Counted from the stretch's first letter, positions 34,889 to 48,027 are shown. The stretch is DNA of 64,000 bases from Coraliomargarita sp. (GCA_965216325.1 OZ244160.1:2304001-2368000), one strand, 5' to 3'. Numbers and translations: made by a program. The notes: a model not told the origin generated them from the letters alone.

Positions 34889-36085
34889 ATGAACCGCCTT
34901 CTAGTTGAATGCAGCCCTGCGAACCCCATCGCTTTTTTTTACCCTGATCTCTCTGTCCGAGTCGAAGTGTCGTATTTCAGCGGAGCAGATGGGCCTTCGG
35001 AATATCATGTTTTGGTCGAACCGGATCCTGAAGGGACTTTGGTTGACCAACTTGAGCTGCTTGCGCAGGCATATGAGCGTGCGCTTGCTGAGCTGGGTGT
35101 ATCGGCAGGTTCGGCGGTCTGGCGTCGCTGCTTCTTAAGTGATCCGGCCAATCAGTATGCGACCCTAGAAGCCCATTCATTGTTTTCAGAGGATGCAGAG
35201 TGCGCGGTATCGCTGATCGGTCAGGCGCCGCAGTCCGGCAGTAAACTTGCATTATTGGCCTATCATATCGTGGATACGGACGCGCTGCAGACGGAGCGCT
35301 CGCATAAACGCTATGAACTTCAACGCGGAGCTTTGCGCCATCAGTGGTGCACCAAGTTTAGTGCGCCTCAGCTCGATGGCGCACATACGCAATCGGTCTC
35401 GATTTTTGATCAGTATATGGAGGCACTTGCTTCGGTGAATGCGAATTTATTGGAGCATGCAGTGCGCACCTGGATCTATGTGCGGGATGTGGATCATAAG
35501 TATGCTGACATGGTTCAGGCGCGCAATGAGGTCTTCGCGCGCGAGGGGCTGACTCGTGAGTCGCATTACATTGCGAGCACGGGGATTGAATCGCGCTTTG
35601 GGAAGGTGAATGCCTTGGTCTTTATGGATGCCTATTCCATTGCGGGGCTGCTGCCCGAGCAGGTGGACTATCTACAGGCTGAAGAGCACCTCGGGCGAAC
35701 CGACGATTACGGCGTGTGTTTTGAGCGTGCCACGGCTGTCAGTTATCGAGATCGTAAGCACGTCTTTATTTCCGGCACCGCCAGTATCGATCCCAATGGT
35801 GAAGTGCTGTTTGAGGGCGATGTCATTCGCCAGCTGCAACGTGCGATCGAAAATGTTGAGGCGTTGCTCGCTTCTGCTGATGCCAGCATCGAGGACATGG
35901 CACATTGGATTGTCTACCTGCGCGACCCAGCCGACGCTTTGCGAGTGCGCGCTGCGATCGAAGAGCGTATTGTCGGTGTGCCGGTGATGATTGTGGCAGG
36001 CGCGGTTTGCCGACCTAACTGGTTAGTGGAAATCGAAGGTTTGGCGATCGCCCCGCATGTGGATGGCTCGCTGCCGGGGTTCTGA
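34889..36085 (+). CDS. Multi-domain Rid/YjgF-fold protein (FkbO/Hyg5 chorismatase-like)
   Basis: VRTWIYVRD, ASTGI, FERA, FISGTASI and VCRPNWLVEIEG motifs. Confidence 0.8.
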   Translation: MNRLLVECSPANPIAFFYPDLSVRVEVSYFSGADGPSEYHVLVEPDPEGTLVDQLELLAQAYERALAELGVSAGSAVWRRCFLSDPANQYATLEAHSLFSEDAECAVSLIGQAPQSGSKLALLAYHIVDTDALQTERSHKRYELQRGALRHQWCTKFSAPQLDGAHTQSVSIFDQYMEALASVNANLLEHAVRTWIYVRDVDHKYADMVQARNEVFAREGLTRESHYIASTGIESRFGKVNALVFMDAYSIAGLLPEQVDYLQAEEHLGRTDDYGVCFERATAVSYRDRKHVFISGTASIDPNGEVLFEGDVIRQLQRAIENVEALLASADASIEDMAHWIVYLRDPADALRVRAAIEERIVGVPVMIVAGAVCRPNWLVEIEGLAIAPHVDGSLPGF

Positions 36086-36089
36086 CGGC

Positions 36090-37001
36090 TTACGCTAAAT
36101 CCGACAGTTGCTTGGAGATCTTCTCGAGCTGCTCCTTAAGGTCTTTAATTTTCTGTTCCCTACTTGGAGCTGGATCGTCATCATGCGTGAGCAGGCGATG
36201 GATGTTGCGGTCAGCGAGTTCTTTTTGGGCCTCATCCATGCCGTTGATGATTACGCCAATGACCAGATTGAGCATGATCATGGTGCCGAGTAGCACGAAG
36301 GAGACGAAGTAAGTTACGCCGAGCAGAGGCATGGCCTTGGGGCTGACCGCGAGTTCGGCGACGGATTGATTGTAGCCTTGGTAGACATCAGAGCCATACA
36401 TCTGTAGATACATGACGTCGGTCCAGTCTTCGAGTGTGACGATGCGGAACAAGGACAGGAAGGAGGTCCACAGGTTGCCGAAGTGCACCGGATCGTTGCC
36501 GCTAAAGAGCATGACGCCGATCACCGCATACATATAAAAGAGCAGGAACAGCAGCAGGCAGACGTAGAACATTGACGGCAAGCTGCGCAGTAGAGCGGTG
36601 ACAAGTAGCTGCAGTTTTGGGATGACCGTTACCAAGCGAATGACGCGCAGGAGGCGGAACAGTCGCAGCACGGCGACGTAGCTACCACCGAGCGGTAGGA
36701 AGCAGACGGCGACGATAGTGAAATCGAACAGGTTCCAGCCATCGGTAAAGTAGCGCCAGGGTTGGTCTTTCTCGGCGGAGACTTTGAGCACGACCTCGAT
36801 GGTGAAAATGCCCAGAATGATCGAGTTGAGCACACTGATGAGCTTGGCGTGCTTGGTGGCGAGTTCCGGGAAGGTTTCAACGCCGACAAGGATGCCGGCA
36901 AAGACAATGACGGCGACGATGAACGAGGTGAAGGTGTTGGAATCAACAATGCGCTTAATCGGCCAGTCGTTGGCTGCTGGTGTCGCGTTGGGATCTTTCA
37001 T
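36090..37001 (-). CDS. Voltage-gated Na+/Ca2+ channel (BacNav-like)
   Basis: Six TM helices, WNLFDF, S4 [10 protein letters not shown], filter TLEDWTD, C-terminal coiled coil. Confidence 0.93.
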   Translation of the reverse strand: MKDPNATPAANDWPIKRIVDSNTFTSFIVAVIVFAGILVGVETFPELATKHAKLISVLNSIILGIFTIEVVLKVSAEKDQPWRYFTDGWNLFDFTIVAVCFLPLGGSYVAVLRLFRLLRVIRLVTVIPKLQLLVTALLRSLPSMFYVCLLLFLLFYMYAVIGVMLFSGNDPVHFGNLWTSFLSLFRIVTLEDWTDVMYLQMYGSDVYQGYNQSVAELAVSPKAMPLLGVTYFVSFVLLGTMIMLNLVIGVIINGMDEAQKELADRNIHRLLTHDDDPAPSREQKIKDLKEQLEKISKQLSDLA

Positions 37002-37040
37002 TCGCTAAATCGGTTCTGTTTTCTGACAGGGTGTTTGTTT

Positions 37041-37158
37041 GGTAGGGTCGCCTCGCCGAGGCGACCGTTCGGCAATGTGATGTGTGACTTCGGAATCTAA
37101 AGTTGTGGTATATTCAACGCCTGTGGGCGAACGGCTGGCTCGGCAAGACAGCCCAACC
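37041..37158. repeat. GTAG-type inverted REP pair (CCTCGCCG family)
   Basis: ggtagggtcgcctcgccgaggcgaccgttc ... gaacggctggctcggcaagacagcccaacc. Confidence 0.8.
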
Positions 37159-37202
37159 TCTTGCCTGGGGTTGGCTCCTCGTCGTGCGCCTTACTCGCAG
37201 CC

Positions 37203-38444
37203 TTAATTATATAGCCAGAACTTGCGGCTGAAGTTTTGGAACTTGCGGCACTTTTGTTCCCATTGATTCACGAAGGCGCTGACACGGGCTTGTTCGCCGC
37301 GAAGGCTTATTTCGTCCCACCACAGTGTGCTGCCGACATGCTTGTTGAACAGATTCGGGTTCTTGGCGGTTTGGAATGGGTTGCCAGGCGTCCATGCCGC
37401 GGTGAGCTGCATCATGTGGAAGCTGATTTCAGTCGGGCGCACGTTTTGCCAATTGTCGACGCGCACATAAACGCCTTCGATTGGATAGCCGGCCGCAGTT
37501 TTGGTTTTAACAATGTGGTAGCTCAGTCCGCGGATACGTTTCGCTTCGAGCGCCAGTTTCACTTCGGCGGCGGACTTGCCCTTGAAGCGCAGGAGTCGGA
37601 ACGGGTAGGGGGTGCCGATGCCGTGGCTGAAGCCGCCGATCTGGGCGCCGAGTCCGGTCATGGAATAGCCGAGCACGGCGGAAAGGTTCGGAATGTAGGG
37701 TGAAGTGGGCTTCCACTTGAGGCCGGTTGCCGGCCATTGCATGTCGCGATTCCAACCGCCCATGGGCACGACGGTGAGCTTGCCGTTCTTACGCTGGCTT
37801 TCAGTGACGCGCATCCAGCCGGGTGTATGCTTCGCCATGCGGGCGAGCTCCGCGATGGTCAGACCATGCACATAGGGCACGAAAAAGTCGCCCACGTAGC
37901 TACGCCATTCTTTGTCGAGCGGCGGGCCATCGACTTTGCGGCCGCCGAGTGGATTCGGACGGTCGAGGATCACGACTTCGACGCCGTTTTGGAAGCAGGC
38001 TTCCATGGTGCGCAGCATACAACTGACATAGGTATACGAGCGCACACCGACGTCTTGTAAGTCGACCACCATGGCATCGAGGCCCTGAAGCATCTTGGGA
38101 GTCGGCGAGCGGTATTTGCCATAGAGGGAGTAGACGGGAAGACCGGTGCGTGGGTCGACTTTGTCATCGATGGGCACATCTGCTTTTTCGTTGCCATAGA
38201 TGCCATGCTCCGGGCCGAAGAGCGCGACCAGATTGACCTTGTTGGCACGGCGCAGCACATCGATGGAGGTTTCGCCGCGACGGTTCACGCCAGCCGGGTG
38301 GGTGAGCAATCCGACGCGTTTACCCGAGACTGTGCGGAAGCCCGAGCGCTCGAGCATGTCGATGCCCAGATAGACGGGCTCGGCAAGTGCTGCGGTGCAG
38401 GTAATCAGTAGGTTTAGGTAAAGAGTGCTTAGTAGGAGACGCAT
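37203..38444 (-). CDS. DUF1343 / exo-beta-N-acetylmuramidase NamZ family, secreted
   Basis: [42 protein letters not shown] and PTSP motifs. Confidence 0.9.
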   Translation of the reverse strand: MRLLLSTLYLNLLITCTAALAEPVYLGIDMLERSGFRTVSGKRVGLLTHPAGVNRRGETSIDVLRRANKVNLVALFGPEHGIYGNEKADVPIDDKVDPRTGLPVYSLYGKYRSPTPKMLQGLDAMVVDLQDVGVRSYTYVSCMLRTMEACFQNGVEVVILDRPNPLGGRKVDGPPLDKEWRSYVGDFFVPYVHGLTIAELARMAKHTPGWMRVTESQRKNGKLTVVPMGGWNRDMQWPATGLKWKPTSPYIPNLSAVLGYSMTGLGAQIGGFSHGIGTPYPFRLLRFKGKSAAEVKLALEAKRIRGLSYHIVKTKTAAGYPIEGVYVRVDNWQNVRPTEISFHMMQLTAAWTPGNPFQTAKNPNLFNKHVGSTLWWDEISLRGEQARVSAFVNQWEQKCRKFQNFSRKFWLYN

Positions 38445-38482
38445 GTAGTTAGTCGAATGCTTTTCGCGGTTTTCGTAGTTAA

Positions 38483-39133
38483 TTATTTAGAGTGATCGGC
38501 CTCTTCGGCTTTGTGCTGCTTGTGCTCTTCAATGCGCTGGCGCAAGTGCGCATAGCTGGCAGCGGTGCGTTGGGCTGCAATACGATAGCTGAAACTCATA
38601 ATGACACCGAAGAAGATGCCGATGATGATGGCTCCGAGCGAGGTGAGACCAAACACGGTGAGCATTCGGTCGATGTTGGAGCCCCATTCGGCGGAGTTGA
38701 AATTATCAATGATGCGGCTGACATCCGACCGGGTTAAGGGCAGCGCATCAATCCCCGCGAGACTTATACAGTTACGCCCGACTTGGTAGAGGGAGAAATA
38801 GATCGGGAGCGCGGTGAATGGATTGGTGACGACTTGGAGTCCGGCAAGGATCGGCAAGTTGGCGCGTAGGACGAGTGCGAAGACCAGTGCGAGAGGCAGT
38901 TGAATGCCATAGATCGGCATCAGGGTCAGGACGCAACCGACGTAAATCGCGGGAATCGCATTCTCGGTGCGAAAGCTCCAAATGTATGCGCGTCTTCGAG
39001 CCGTTTCGGCAAAGTATTTGAGGACCGGATAGCGGTGGATCGTTGCACGACGCGGCAGTGGGCGGAGCCATTTCTTGACTCGCCGAATGCGGCGACTCTT
39101 TACCTTAAATAGCTCTTTCTCCAGGTGAACCAC
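38483..39133 (-). CDS. DUF2062 membrane protein
   Basis: WSF...G..LTLMP..G.Q, RANLP and TNPFT motifs; start position uncertain. Confidence 0.8.
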   Translation of the reverse strand: MVHLEKELFKVKSRRIRRVKKWLRPLPRRATIHRYPVLKYFAETARRRAYIWSFRTENAIPAIYVGCVLTLMPIYGIQLPLALVFALVLRANLPILAGLQVVTNPFTALPIYFSLYQVGRNCISLAGIDALPLTRSDVSRIIDNFNSAEWGSNIDRMLTVFGLTSLGAIIIGIFFGVIMSFSYRIAAQRTAASYAHLRQRIEEHKQHKAEEADHSK

Positions 39134-39140
39134 TGTGATC

Positions 39141-40298
39141 TTACTTGAGCACTTGCGCAGTGCGTGCGGTCAAATTCGGTGCGCCTTGCTTGAGCGCGGT
39201 TGCCAGATCCGTTCCATCGGGCGTAATACTGGTGACCTTACAATTTGGAAAACGTTCCTGCACCGAGTCGGCGGCGTCTACTTCTGCTTTGCCCGCAAGC
39301 ACAATGGTGCGTGTGTTGGTCTTACCCGCCGCGGTGACGAGTGCAAAGGGGCCCTTCCCGGCGAGTGAGCTGCTGTCGAACTTACCTTCGCCAGTGAGAA
39401 TGAGTTCTGCGGCGGACACCTTGTTGTTCAGGTCGAGCCAAGACTCCACCAAGTCGAAGCCGGCGAGGAATTCTGCACCGCAGGCAACTTTGAGACCAAA
39501 GCCAATGCCTCCCGCTGCGCCCGCGCCGGGTGCGTCTTTGAGTTCAATGCTTTGGCCAAAGTGTTGGCAGAGCAAATCCGCTAGGCGATTGGCTTCCGCA
39601 TCAAAGCTTTCAAGCTCATCGGGCTGCAGGCCTTTCTGCGGTCCGTAGACGGCAGCTGCGCCGCGTTCGCCGAGTAGCGGATTATCAACGTCGCAGGCGA
39701 TATAGATGGGCGGGAGTTTAAAATCGAAGAATCCGGTAATTGACTCCACCTGTGACCATTTTTCAGGGACGATCGCATCGTCTGTGGTTGGGAATTGGAT
39801 GCCGAGTGCTTGCAGGGCGCCGAGTCCGAGATCGCTGGTGGCGCTGCCGCCGATGCCGAGGAGGATGGCTCCGGCGCCTTGGGCGGTCGCGATGCGGATC
39901 AGCTCGCCGACGCCGCGTGTGGTGCAGTGCTTTGGGTGGCGTTGTTCGTTGGGCACTTGCTCGAGTCCTGCCGCTGAGGCCATCTCAATGATGGCCAGTT
40001 TGCCGAGCGCGGTGCCGAACTTGCGGCGCAGTGATTCACTGAGAGTGTTGAGTTCGACCCATCCGAGGGGTGCTTCGACATCCTGACCCAGTGGTCCGCA
40101 GACGGTATGGTGCTCGATGTAGCCATTGGCGGCGTTGGTCAGAATCGGGCAGAAGCCTTCACCTCCATCGGTGAGCGGCGCTTCGGTGATCTGAACAGAG
40201 TCGCCCAGTGTTTGGCGGACCCCGACAGCCGCAGCTGAGCAAGCCTCGGCAGCAGTCATGGAGTCTTTAAATTTATCAAATGCGAGCAGGACGTTCAT
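39141..40298 (-). CDS. Glycerate kinase
   Basis: [38 protein letters not shown] and TGEG motifs. Confidence 0.95.
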   Translation of the reverse strand: MNVLLAFDKFKDSMTAAEACSAAAVGVRQTLGDSVQITEAPLTDGGEGFCPILTNAANGYIEHHTVCGPLGQDVEAPLGWVELNTLSESLRRKFGTALGKLAIIEMASAAGLEQVPNEQRHPKHCTTRGVGELIRIATAQGAGAILLGIGGSATSDLGLGALQALGIQFPTTDDAIVPEKWSQVESITGFFDFKLPPIYIACDVDNPLLGERGAAAVYGPQKGLQPDELESFDAEANRLADLLCQHFGQSIELKDAPGAGAAGGIGFGLKVACGAEFLAGFDLVESWLDLNNKVSAAELILTGEGKFDSSSLAGKGPFALVTAAGKTNTRTIVLAGKAEVDAADSVQERFPNCKVTSITPDGTDLATALKQGAPNLTARTAQVLK

Positions 40299-40307
40299 TT
40301 AAAGGCA

Positions 40308-40353
40308 TGAACATGAACATCGAACTTCGAACGTCCAACACTGAACGTCGAAT
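40308..40353. repeat. Heptamer-periodic array (TCGAACR family)
   Basis: gaacatc-gaacttc-gaacgtc-caacact-gaacgtc. Confidence 0.8.
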
Positions 40354-40380
40354 GAAGTGGATTTTAGTCTGCTTTTCGGT

Positions 40381-40412
40381 GTGGTGCGCCTCGAGACGCG
40401 GCTGCGCTACCT
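40381..40412 (-). repeat. GTAG-type REP (GTAGCGCAGCC family)
   Basis: 31/32 identical to the reverse complement of 48128-48159. Confidence 0.88.
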
Positions 40413-40476
40413 TGAACTAAACCGTAGATGACATGGGCGTTTATCAGGAGCACGGAAGTGCTATGATGATAAACTT

Positions 40477-41565
40477 ATGCAAAACCCCACATCATCTACA
40501 CGGACAACTAAGAACGCACTGGGCACAGTAATCAAGCTTGGCATTGACGTGCATGCGAGCACCTACGTGGTGGTCATGAAGATCGATAGCAGCGCCCCTT
40601 CACGCGCGAAGCGCATGAAGCCTGATATCTTCCTTCGATGGATTAAGCAGCTGAGCACTCAGTGCGAGCAGTTGCAAAGTTGCTACGAGGCCGGTCCTTT
40701 TGGTTACAGCCTGCACCGCAAGCTCAAGGCGATGGGCGTGAACAACCACGTAATCCGCCCGATCAACTGGGACACTCATGGTAAGAAGGTAAAGACCGAC
40801 GCGCGTGATGCGTTGCAAATGGTCTTGAGTCTGGACGGCTATCTGCGGGGCAATGACCGCAGCTTCAGTGTCGTGCGTGTGCCCAGCGAGCAAGAAGAGC
40901 GTCACCGCAGCCTAACCCGGCAGCGTGAAAGCTTCGTCAAAGAACGTGGCCGTGCGGCCAAGCGTGGTAAGAGTCTGGGACTGTATTACGATCAACCCTT
41001 ACCCAGCGGCTGGTGGAAGCCGCGCAAATGGATGCAGCTACTCGAACAGCTCGACGATTTTTTGATCAGCCTGCTGGAGCCACTGCGGTTAAACTGCCTG
41101 CACTTTAGCGAGCTAATCAGCAACATCGAAGAACGTATCGAAGCGCTCGAGCCGGAACGGGTGCTGCCTAAAGGCATGGGGGTGGTCCTCTATGAACAGA
41201 TCGAACGTGAGGTCTGCAACTGGAAGCGATTCAACAACCGCAAGGCGGTCAGTTCCTTTACCGGACTGTGCCCAAGCGAAGACACTAGTGCAAATCGGCG
41301 TTTCCAGGGCTCGATCAACAAACACGGCAGTCCCCGCCTGCGGCATATGCTACAAGAGTGCGCCTGGTTATTGATCCGGTGGAATCCCGGCTACAGTGGG
41401 GTGCGTAAATGGCAGGCCAAGCTCAGCGACGAGACCACCAGTAAGGCGACCCGCAAGAAAATTGCCGTGGCCATCGCCCGGCAGTTCGCCGTGGACTGGT
41501 GGCGCATACGCACTGGCCAATGCAGTCTCGAAGACTTCGGACTGATAAGCAGACAAAACCCATAA
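40477..41565 (+). CDS. IS110-family DEDD transposase/recombinase
   Basis: LGIDVH, YEAGPFG and KTDARDA (DEDD RuvC-like domain); GLCPSEDTS...GSINKHG serine domain. Confidence 0.95.
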   Translation: MQNPTSSTRTTKNALGTVIKLGIDVHASTYVVVMKIDSSAPSRAKRMKPDIFLRWIKQLSTQCEQLQSCYEAGPFGYSLHRKLKAMGVNNHVIRPINWDTHGKKVKTDARDALQMVLSLDGYLRGNDRSFSVVRVPSEQEERHRSLTRQRESFVKERGRAAKRGKSLGLYYDQPLPSGWWKPRKWMQLLEQLDDFLISLLEPLRLNCLHFSELISNIEERIEALEPERVLPKGMGVVLYEQIEREVCNWKRFNNRKAVSSFTGLCPSEDTSANRRFQGSINKHGSPRLRHMLQECAWLLIRWNPGYSGVRKWQAKLSDETTSKATRKKIAVAIARQFAVDWWRIRTGQCSLEDFGLISRQNP

Positions 41566-41627
41566 GTCCGAACCAACGCTAAAGGCCTTCACCCTCTGAT
41601 TTTAACGTTCTTTTGCAGTTTTCCTTT

Positions 41628-41784
41628 GTGCGGAGTGAGTCTGACCAAGCCCCTGTTGCCAACACAACGATTTTGTAGAATAGGCCACTTCGCCACCAAG
41701 CTTTTGAATGACCCAATGGATAGGTCATAGTGTGCTCTTCTGAGAAACACTCAGAAACACGGATAGCAGGTTATCCCGGATCAT
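41628..41784 (+). ncRNA. Putative bridge RNA/seekRNA (target-binding and donor-binding loops)
   Basis: Two stem/internal-loop/stem hairpins (41628-41696 and 41708-41784) whose loops match the target and donor junction sequences; folded by eye, transcript ends unknown. Confidence 0.75.
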
Positions 41785-41901
41785 CGAAACTCCGAGGCCA
41801 TGCGCGGTGGACGCTCAAAGACGATTGCAATCAAAACAAACCACTTATCTTATGTAAAAACACTCACACGCTTCTACACTCTTGACAGAAACGAACATAG
41901 C

Positions 41902-41991
41902 AGGGGCTTTGCTTGCGAAGCCCGCCGCGTCAGAGTGATCTTCTGAGACGCCGTTCTTTCCTGACTGAGGGCGTCGCATACAACGCCTCGA
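41902..41991. repeat. Remainder of the interrupted REP plus its inverted partner
   Basis: aggggctttgcttgcgaagccc ... gggcgtcgcatacaacgcctc; same family as 18087-18168. Confidence 0.8.
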
Positions 41992-42015
41992 CACTAGCTT
42001 TAAGGCCGTTCATTG

Positions 42016-42155
42016 AGTTCTCCTCCTTGTTTAAGGAGGAGTGCCCTGAGCTTGTCGAAGGGGGAGGTGGTTTGTTCCTGCGTTGGAAGTCTTCTCGGAG
42101 AGCAATCACCCCGACCGGGCAAGCCGGTCACCCCTCCTTGAAAAAGAGGGGAGCT
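42016..42155. repeat. Inverted pair of CTCCTCC..GAGGAG hairpin elements
   Basis: Arms resemble the second half of the 14747/52813 repeat. Confidence 0.7.
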
Positions 42156-42231
42156 GTTGAGTGGCGCTTGCGATACAGTGCGTAGTGGGGGCTGTGCTGG
42201 GTCAGAGTTGTTCTTCGCGCGCGCTGTGCAC

Positions 42232-42267
42232 AAAAAAACGCTGAACACCATTCGATGTTCAGCGTTG
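42232..42267 (-). terminator. Terminator after rne/rng, built from heptamer repeat units
   Basis: Minus strand: aacgctgaaca-tcgaatgg-tgttcagcgtt followed by a T run. Confidence 0.75.
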
Positions 42268-42304
42268 AAAGTTCGACGTTCAACGTTCGCTAGTTGCGCA
42301 GCAA

Positions 42305-44059
<1,755 letters not shown>

Positions 44060-44147
44060 GGGTCGTATGGTGTTCCGGGTTTATCCGGAGACCCTTCGTG
44101 CTGGCAGCTGCGGCCGTGCAAGTCTTGCGCTTCGAGGTAAGAAGTTA

Positions 44148-45401
<1,254 letters not shown>

Positions 45402-45423
45402 TCGCTTAACTCGCTACGCGAGT

Positions 45424-45523
45424 GTGGGAAGGTTCCAAGGTGGGAACGTGGGAAAGTGGAAAGGTCTTAAGGTGGGAGCGTGGTTTGGCTACTTTCATAC
45501 CTTTAACCTTCATACTTTCGCAC
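45424..45523. repeat. Octamer-periodic inverted array
   Basis: gtgggaag-gttccaag-gtgggaac-gtgggaaa-gtggaaag-gtcttaag versus ctttcata-cctttaac-cttcatac-tttcgcac. Confidence 0.75.
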
Positions 45524-45543
45524 AAGTGAATTGAGCCGCAGGC

Positions 45544-46005
45544 TCAATTCACGTCCCCCAGATAGTTCGAGCCCGGGGCGAAACCGGTTTCACTGAAGAA
45601 GTCTTTGATCACATTGGGCAGGAAGCGGCGCTGCTGGAGCTCCTTGAGTGGGATCCACTCCACGCCGATTTGCTTTTTGTCGTGCTCGGTGCCCGGCCCG
45701 ATGCCATCCGGGTTGGGCAGACTGCAGCGGAATACACTCTCTAATTGGTGGAACGCGTGGTGGGCTTTGCGGAACTCGTGGTTTTTGCCGATATATTCGC
45801 GCACATAGAGCAGCTCGCCGACCTCAACCTCGGTGCCGATCTCTTCCAGGCACTCGCGGCGTAGCCCTTCGCGCAGGGTTTCACCATGGTGTTGTCCGCC
45901 GCCCGGCAGGATATAGAAAATCCCCGACTGATCGCGCATTTTGATGGCGAGCAGTTTTTCTTCGAGGATGATGAGAGCGCGGGCAGCTGTGCGGATAGGA
46001 CGCAT
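45544..46005 (-). CDS. NUDIX hydrolase
   Basis: [24 protein letters not shown]udix box. Confidence 0.93.
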   Translation of the reverse strand: MRPIRTAARALIILEEKLLAIKMRDQSGIFYILPGGGQHHGETLREGLRRECLEEIGTEVEVGELLYVREYIGKNHEFRKAHHAFHQLESVFRCSLPNPDGIGPGTEHDKKQIGVEWIPLKELQQRRFLPNVIKDFFSETGFAPGSNYLGDVN

Positions 46006-46143
46006 ATATCTGTGATAAACAAAGGCCAGCGAGCCGTTGAGCAAGACTCAAGCGCAGTTGAGTCATAAATTTGTCAAAAAACGTCAATCCATTTGCAAGA
46101 TTTCAGATTTATGACAGTTCTATGAGTCCAACTAATCATAGAT

Positions 46144-46479
46144 ATGCCATTACAAAAACTCTGGGCACCTCTAACACATTCCCCCAAGCTCGTCGCCTAT
46201 GCCGACGCGCAGTTTGGACTCGGGCGCGACATGCAGCGAGACCAGCTTCTTTCGTATGTGGACGAGAGTCCATTTTCGCTCATTGATTGGATCGAATCCC
46301 TAAAATTGCTGGGCCACTGGCTAGATGCACACGACCAGCTTATGGAGGTCGAGGATCAGTTGGGCTATGTTTCTTGCGCGGTTGAGGCTGCGGGCGCGGA
46401 CGCGCAACTTGCTCACTTGCCGACGCTGGTTTCGGACATGTTGCATGCCTACGGCTGCGAGCGTGCGGTTGAAAAGTAG
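46144..46479 (+). CDS. Hypothetical protein
   Basis: 111-aa ORF with ATG start, divergent from the NUDIX gene. Confidence 0.65.
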   Translation: MPLQKLWAPLTHSPKLVAYADAQFGLGRDMQRDQLLSYVDESPFSLIDWIESLKLLGHWLDAHDQLMEVEDQLGYVSCAVEAAGADAQLAHLPTLVSDMLHAYGCERAVEK

Positions 46480-46661
46480 CGGCCATTGGTCGCGTTGCGT
46501 AAGTAACGGAGGGTGGGCGCTCTTACCCACCTCGGCGTCTGAAAGCTGTTCCGCTGTAGGGCAGGACAAGAGTGTCCCGCCTCCTTGGGCGATCAAACTG
46601 ATTACTGTTTTAGAGATTCGTGGCTTGTCACACTACTGAGTGCATCTAAAACCAGACGCGC

Positions 46662-48017
46662 ATGGTAGAGGAAAATACGGCAGCCGAATCCGAGATTGAG
46701 GAACTGATTTCAAAGAATCAGCTCAAAGCCGTAGCTGAACGATTGCGAAGTTGGGCGCTACCGGAGATCGCGGACTTGTTGATTGCACTCGCCAAGCCGC
46801 AGCAGATCCTTGTTTACCGAGCCTTGCCGCGTCAGCGTGCAGCAGACGTATTCGCGCTGCTCGAAGCCGAGGACCAGGATACCTTGCTGACAGCACTGAC
46901 GGACGCCGATACCCGCACACTGCTGGCTGACCTGAGTCCTGACGACCGGACCGAGATGCTGGAGGAATTACCGGCCAATGTCACGCGTCGCTTGATGCAG
47001 CTGCTGAGCCCCGCTGACCTTGCTGAATCCCGCCAATTGCTGGGCTATCCAGAGGAGAGTGTGGGTCGTCTGATGACACCGGACTACATTCGTTTGCGCG
47101 CTGAGTGGACCTGTGAGCAAGCGCTCGACCATATGCGCAAATACGGGCGCGATTCCGAAATTTTCAATATCCTCTACGTCACGGATGCGGCGGGTAAGCT
47201 GATCGATATTGTGCGCATGCGTCGCCTGATTATGGCGCCGCCGGCGACTGTAATTCAGGACATGCTGAATTACAACTGTATCAGCCTGTCAGCTTATGAT
47301 GACCGAGAAGTGGCGGTTGAGCAGATCCAGCGTTACGATGTGAACGCTTTGCCAGTGGTGGACTCGGAGGGAGTGCTGCTTGGGATCGTGACGGTGGACG
47401 ACATCATGGACGTCGCGGAAGAGGAGGTCACCGAGGATATTCAAAAGGGTGTCGCGGTGGCGCCGCTGGAAACCAAGTATAGTGCGGCCAAGCCCACGCA
47501 GTTGTTTCGCAAGCGGATCGTTTGGCTCTTGGTGCTGATTTTCGTGAACCTGATCTCTGCGGGCGTGATTTCGCACTACGAGGAATTGGTCAAAGAGGTG
47601 ATAACCCTCACGCTGTTTATGCCGCTGGTCATTGCCAGTGGCGGTAACTGTGGCGCGCAGTCGGCAACGCTGATGGTGCGTGCGATTGCCACCGGTGACC
47701 TCGAACTCAGTGACTGGTGGAGCGCGGTCTGGAAGGAAATCTTGGTCGGTGTGCTGCTCGGCGTGGCGATGGCCGTGATTGCTGGTGGAGTCGGGCATCT
47801 GTATGGTGGCGACTACCACGTGGCGTTGATCGTGGGCTTTAGTATGGTTTCGATTGTGTTCTTTGCGAATGCCTTCGGCGCCTTGTTACCGTTTATCTTG
47901 AGCCGCCTTAAGGTGGACCCTGCGGCTGCGAGCACTCCGCTGATTACCTCAGTGATGGACGTGCTCGGGCTGATCATCTACTTCACCATCGCGGTCGCCG
48001 TGCTGGGGAGTTTGTAG
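46662..48017 (+). CDS. mgtE: Magnesium transporter MgtE
   Basis: N domain, CBS pair, GIVTVDD, GGNCGAQ and [15 protein letters not shown] motifs. Confidence 0.96.
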   Translation: MVEENTAAESEIEELISKNQLKAVAERLRSWALPEIADLLIALAKPQQILVYRALPRQRAADVFALLEAEDQDTLLTALTDADTRTLLADLSPDDRTEMLEELPANVTRRLMQLLSPADLAESRQLLGYPEESVGRLMTPDYIRLRAEWTCEQALDHMRKYGRDSEIFNILYVTDAAGKLIDIVRMRRLIMAPPATVIQDMLNYNCISLSAYDDREVAVEQIQRYDVNALPVVDSEGVLLGIVTVDDIMDVAEEEVTEDIQKGVAVAPLETKYSAAKPTQLFRKRIVWLLVLIFVNLISAGVISHYEELVKEVITLTLFMPLVIASGGNCGAQSATLMVRAIATGDLELSDWWSAVWKEILVGVLLGVAMAVIAGGVGHLYGGDYHVALIVGFSMVSIVFFANAFGALLPFILSRLKVDPAAASTPLITSVMDVLGLIIYFTIAVAVLGSL

Positions 48018-48027
48018 CTTTGAGTGA

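Larger units (their letters stand above)
40426..41901 (+). mobile_element. IS110-family, IS1111-type insertion sequence (about 1476 bp) inserted at the AG of a GTAG REP
   Basis: AG core at 40426-27 and 41902-03; removal restores aaccGTAGGGGCTTTGCTTGCGAAGCCCGCCG, a REP like 18137-18168; imperfect subterminal IR 40433-42 / 41889-98; long 3' non-coding end; TTGACA at 41882. Confidence 0.88.

Noticed and set aside
40425..41900. Alternative IS boundaries with a duplicated TAG core (40425-27 / 41898-900)
   Set aside because: It restores GTAGCAGGGG, which is not the REP consensus. The AG-core model restores a canonical REP and fits the ATAGCAG guide and IR spacing.
41882..41903. Strong hybrid promoter at the IS circle junction
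   Set aside because: TTGACA is present, but the hexamer 17 bp downstream in the predicted junction (TGACAT) is a poor -10, so no promoter is claimed.
46480..46661. M-box riboswitch upstream of mgtE
   Set aside because: Only degenerate REP-like palindromes are visible.
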